From contig CAVNZM010000004.1 of NCBI GenBank assembly GCA_963693365.1, forward strand, positions 62,001 to 126,000: a DNA stretch of 64,000 bases, read 5' to 3'. Every line of letters starts with the position of its first letter. Within the stretch, counting starts at the first letter, position 1. This document shows, piece by piece, positions 61,521-64,000 of this stretch. This stretch comes from Amoebidium appalachense. Taxonomy: Eukaryota; Protista; Ichthyosporea. The position numbers and the translations under genes are program-made. Under the pieces are notes generated by a model. That model saw nothing but the letters and a program-made list of their open reading frames with translations. It was not told where the DNA came from and searched no databases.

Positions 61521-62026
61521 CGGGTCGGGGCTGAGGAGCTCGAGGGAGTGAGGTTTAAAAGGGAGGGAGGTCTCGGAGGGGAGAGACGGACAGGCCAAAG
61601 GGGGGGGGGGGGGGTAAGGGGGGGAGGGGGGGAAGGGGAGTGGGAGGGTGGGGGGGGCCCGGGTGAGTCCTAGCTAGGAGTAAGGAAGGGAGGGCGGGGA
61701 AGAGATGGGAAAGGAGGGCGGGGGGAGGGGGGGGGGAGGGAGGTGTGAGGGGGGAGGGGGGGGGGGGGGGATCCCGGGTCGGGGCTGAGGAGCTCGAGGG
61801 AGTGAGGTTTAAAAGGGAGGGAGGTCTCGGAGGGGAGAGACGGACAGGCCAAAGGGGGGGGGGGGGTAAGGGGGGAGGGGGGGGAAGGGGAGTGGGAGGG
61901 TGGGGGGGGGGCCCGGGTGAGTCCTAGCTAGGAGTAAGGAAGGGAGGGCGGGGAAGAGATGGGAAAGGAGGGGGGGGGGGAGGGGGGGGGGAGGGAGGTG
62001 TGAGGGGGGAGGGGGGGGGGGGGGGG
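61521..62026. repeat. Tandem duplication of a 254-bp G-rich unit
   Basis: CGGGTCGGGGCTGAGGAGCTC starts at 61521 and 61775. Confidence 0.9.
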
Positions 62027-62163
62027 TGTGAGGGGGGAGGGGGAGGGGGAAGGGAACAAATTCAAAGGGTGGGTGGGTGGGTGGGGAGGGGGGGGGGGGG
62101 GGGGGGGGGAAGAGGGGGAGGAGTCGGTGGAAGAGAGAAAAGGGGGTAAGGAGGGGGGATCGG

Positions 62164-62196
<33 letters not shown>

Positions 62197-62887
62197 CTGC
62201 CAGCTGAACCTTGTTCACATAAAGTTGTTTAAATGATTGATTTCCGGTTGGACATTGCACCACAACCCCTGAACTATAAGCAGAACTGCAGGCAATGCAT
62301 CTGTTCAGGATACAAGCATGTATTGAAACACCACTAACATCATACCATACATGTCAAACCTTCGGCCAATAAGAAATAATCTTGTTGCTCACAGCTCTCC
62401 ACATAGATGCTTCCTTGGGGTATGTAGACCACCACTATCTGCTATAGTAATACACCAGTCACCATACACGACCATCTACTCAATACGTACCTGCAGCGAA
62501 TGAGGCACCATTAATCTTTTTCCAATCGGGCATTTGTTGTCATCCTACATGTACGTGCTCATATAGTCATTATCTGATAGTTTCCTGCTGTCTTCACATA
62601 TGTATTTGGAAGCATTATAAGTACACCCTTCACTATTATTCACCACGCCCCACCCTTCGTATCATAACTCTCACAACTTATCTTCTACTGCCATCGCAAG
62701 GCATCTTTGTTTATCCAATGCTTGAACTCACCACTCAGCACACCTCCGCATCCACAACAGATGGAGTGTTCCTACACACATGTACACACAAACATGCACA
62801 CAAGCACACAGGAGCACATGTACACACAGACCCACAACTAGGGCCTGGCCCTTCCTGAGTATCTGCAGGCAGGCACATGGCGGGGAC

Positions 62888-63962
<1,075 letters not shown>

Positions 63963-64000
63963 CTGCACCCACATATATCAGTGGCCACACATGAGGTGTG

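Overview
Eukaryotic genomic DNA with intron-rich genes and abundant (CA)n and poly-C/poly-G tracts. The tRNA primer sites match the animal-type initiator tRNA, which suggests a holozoan such as an ichthyosporean (inference). Four host genes flank a 39.8-kb nested transposon stack. The genes are: (1) a ~20-exon type I membrane metzincin of the gametolysin/M11-like type, with a [11 protein letters not shown] zinc motif split by an intron, an EGF module and a TM helix (618-10431, +); (2) an orphan 4-exon gene (12346-16534, +); (3) a two-exon secreted prepro Gly/Trp/Arg-rich peptide gene (58564-59755, -); and (4) the 3' end of a PKA/PRKX-like kinase (62888-63962, -). Between 17802 and 57571 one Ty1/copia element (TSD CTCCC, ~99% identical LTRs) carries five direct insertions. 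These are a non-autonomous gypsy-derived LTR element, two solo-LTR-like inserts, a 13.5-kb TIR DNA transposon (34-bp TIRs, 2-bp TSD), and a gypsy element with non-canonical CG...CG LTR ends. The TIR element itself holds an intact LINE and a ~185-bp satellite array, and the gypsy integrase is split by an Ngaro-type tyrosine-recombinase retrotransposon. Junctions were read by eye and family assignments rest on recognised motifs; no searches were run.
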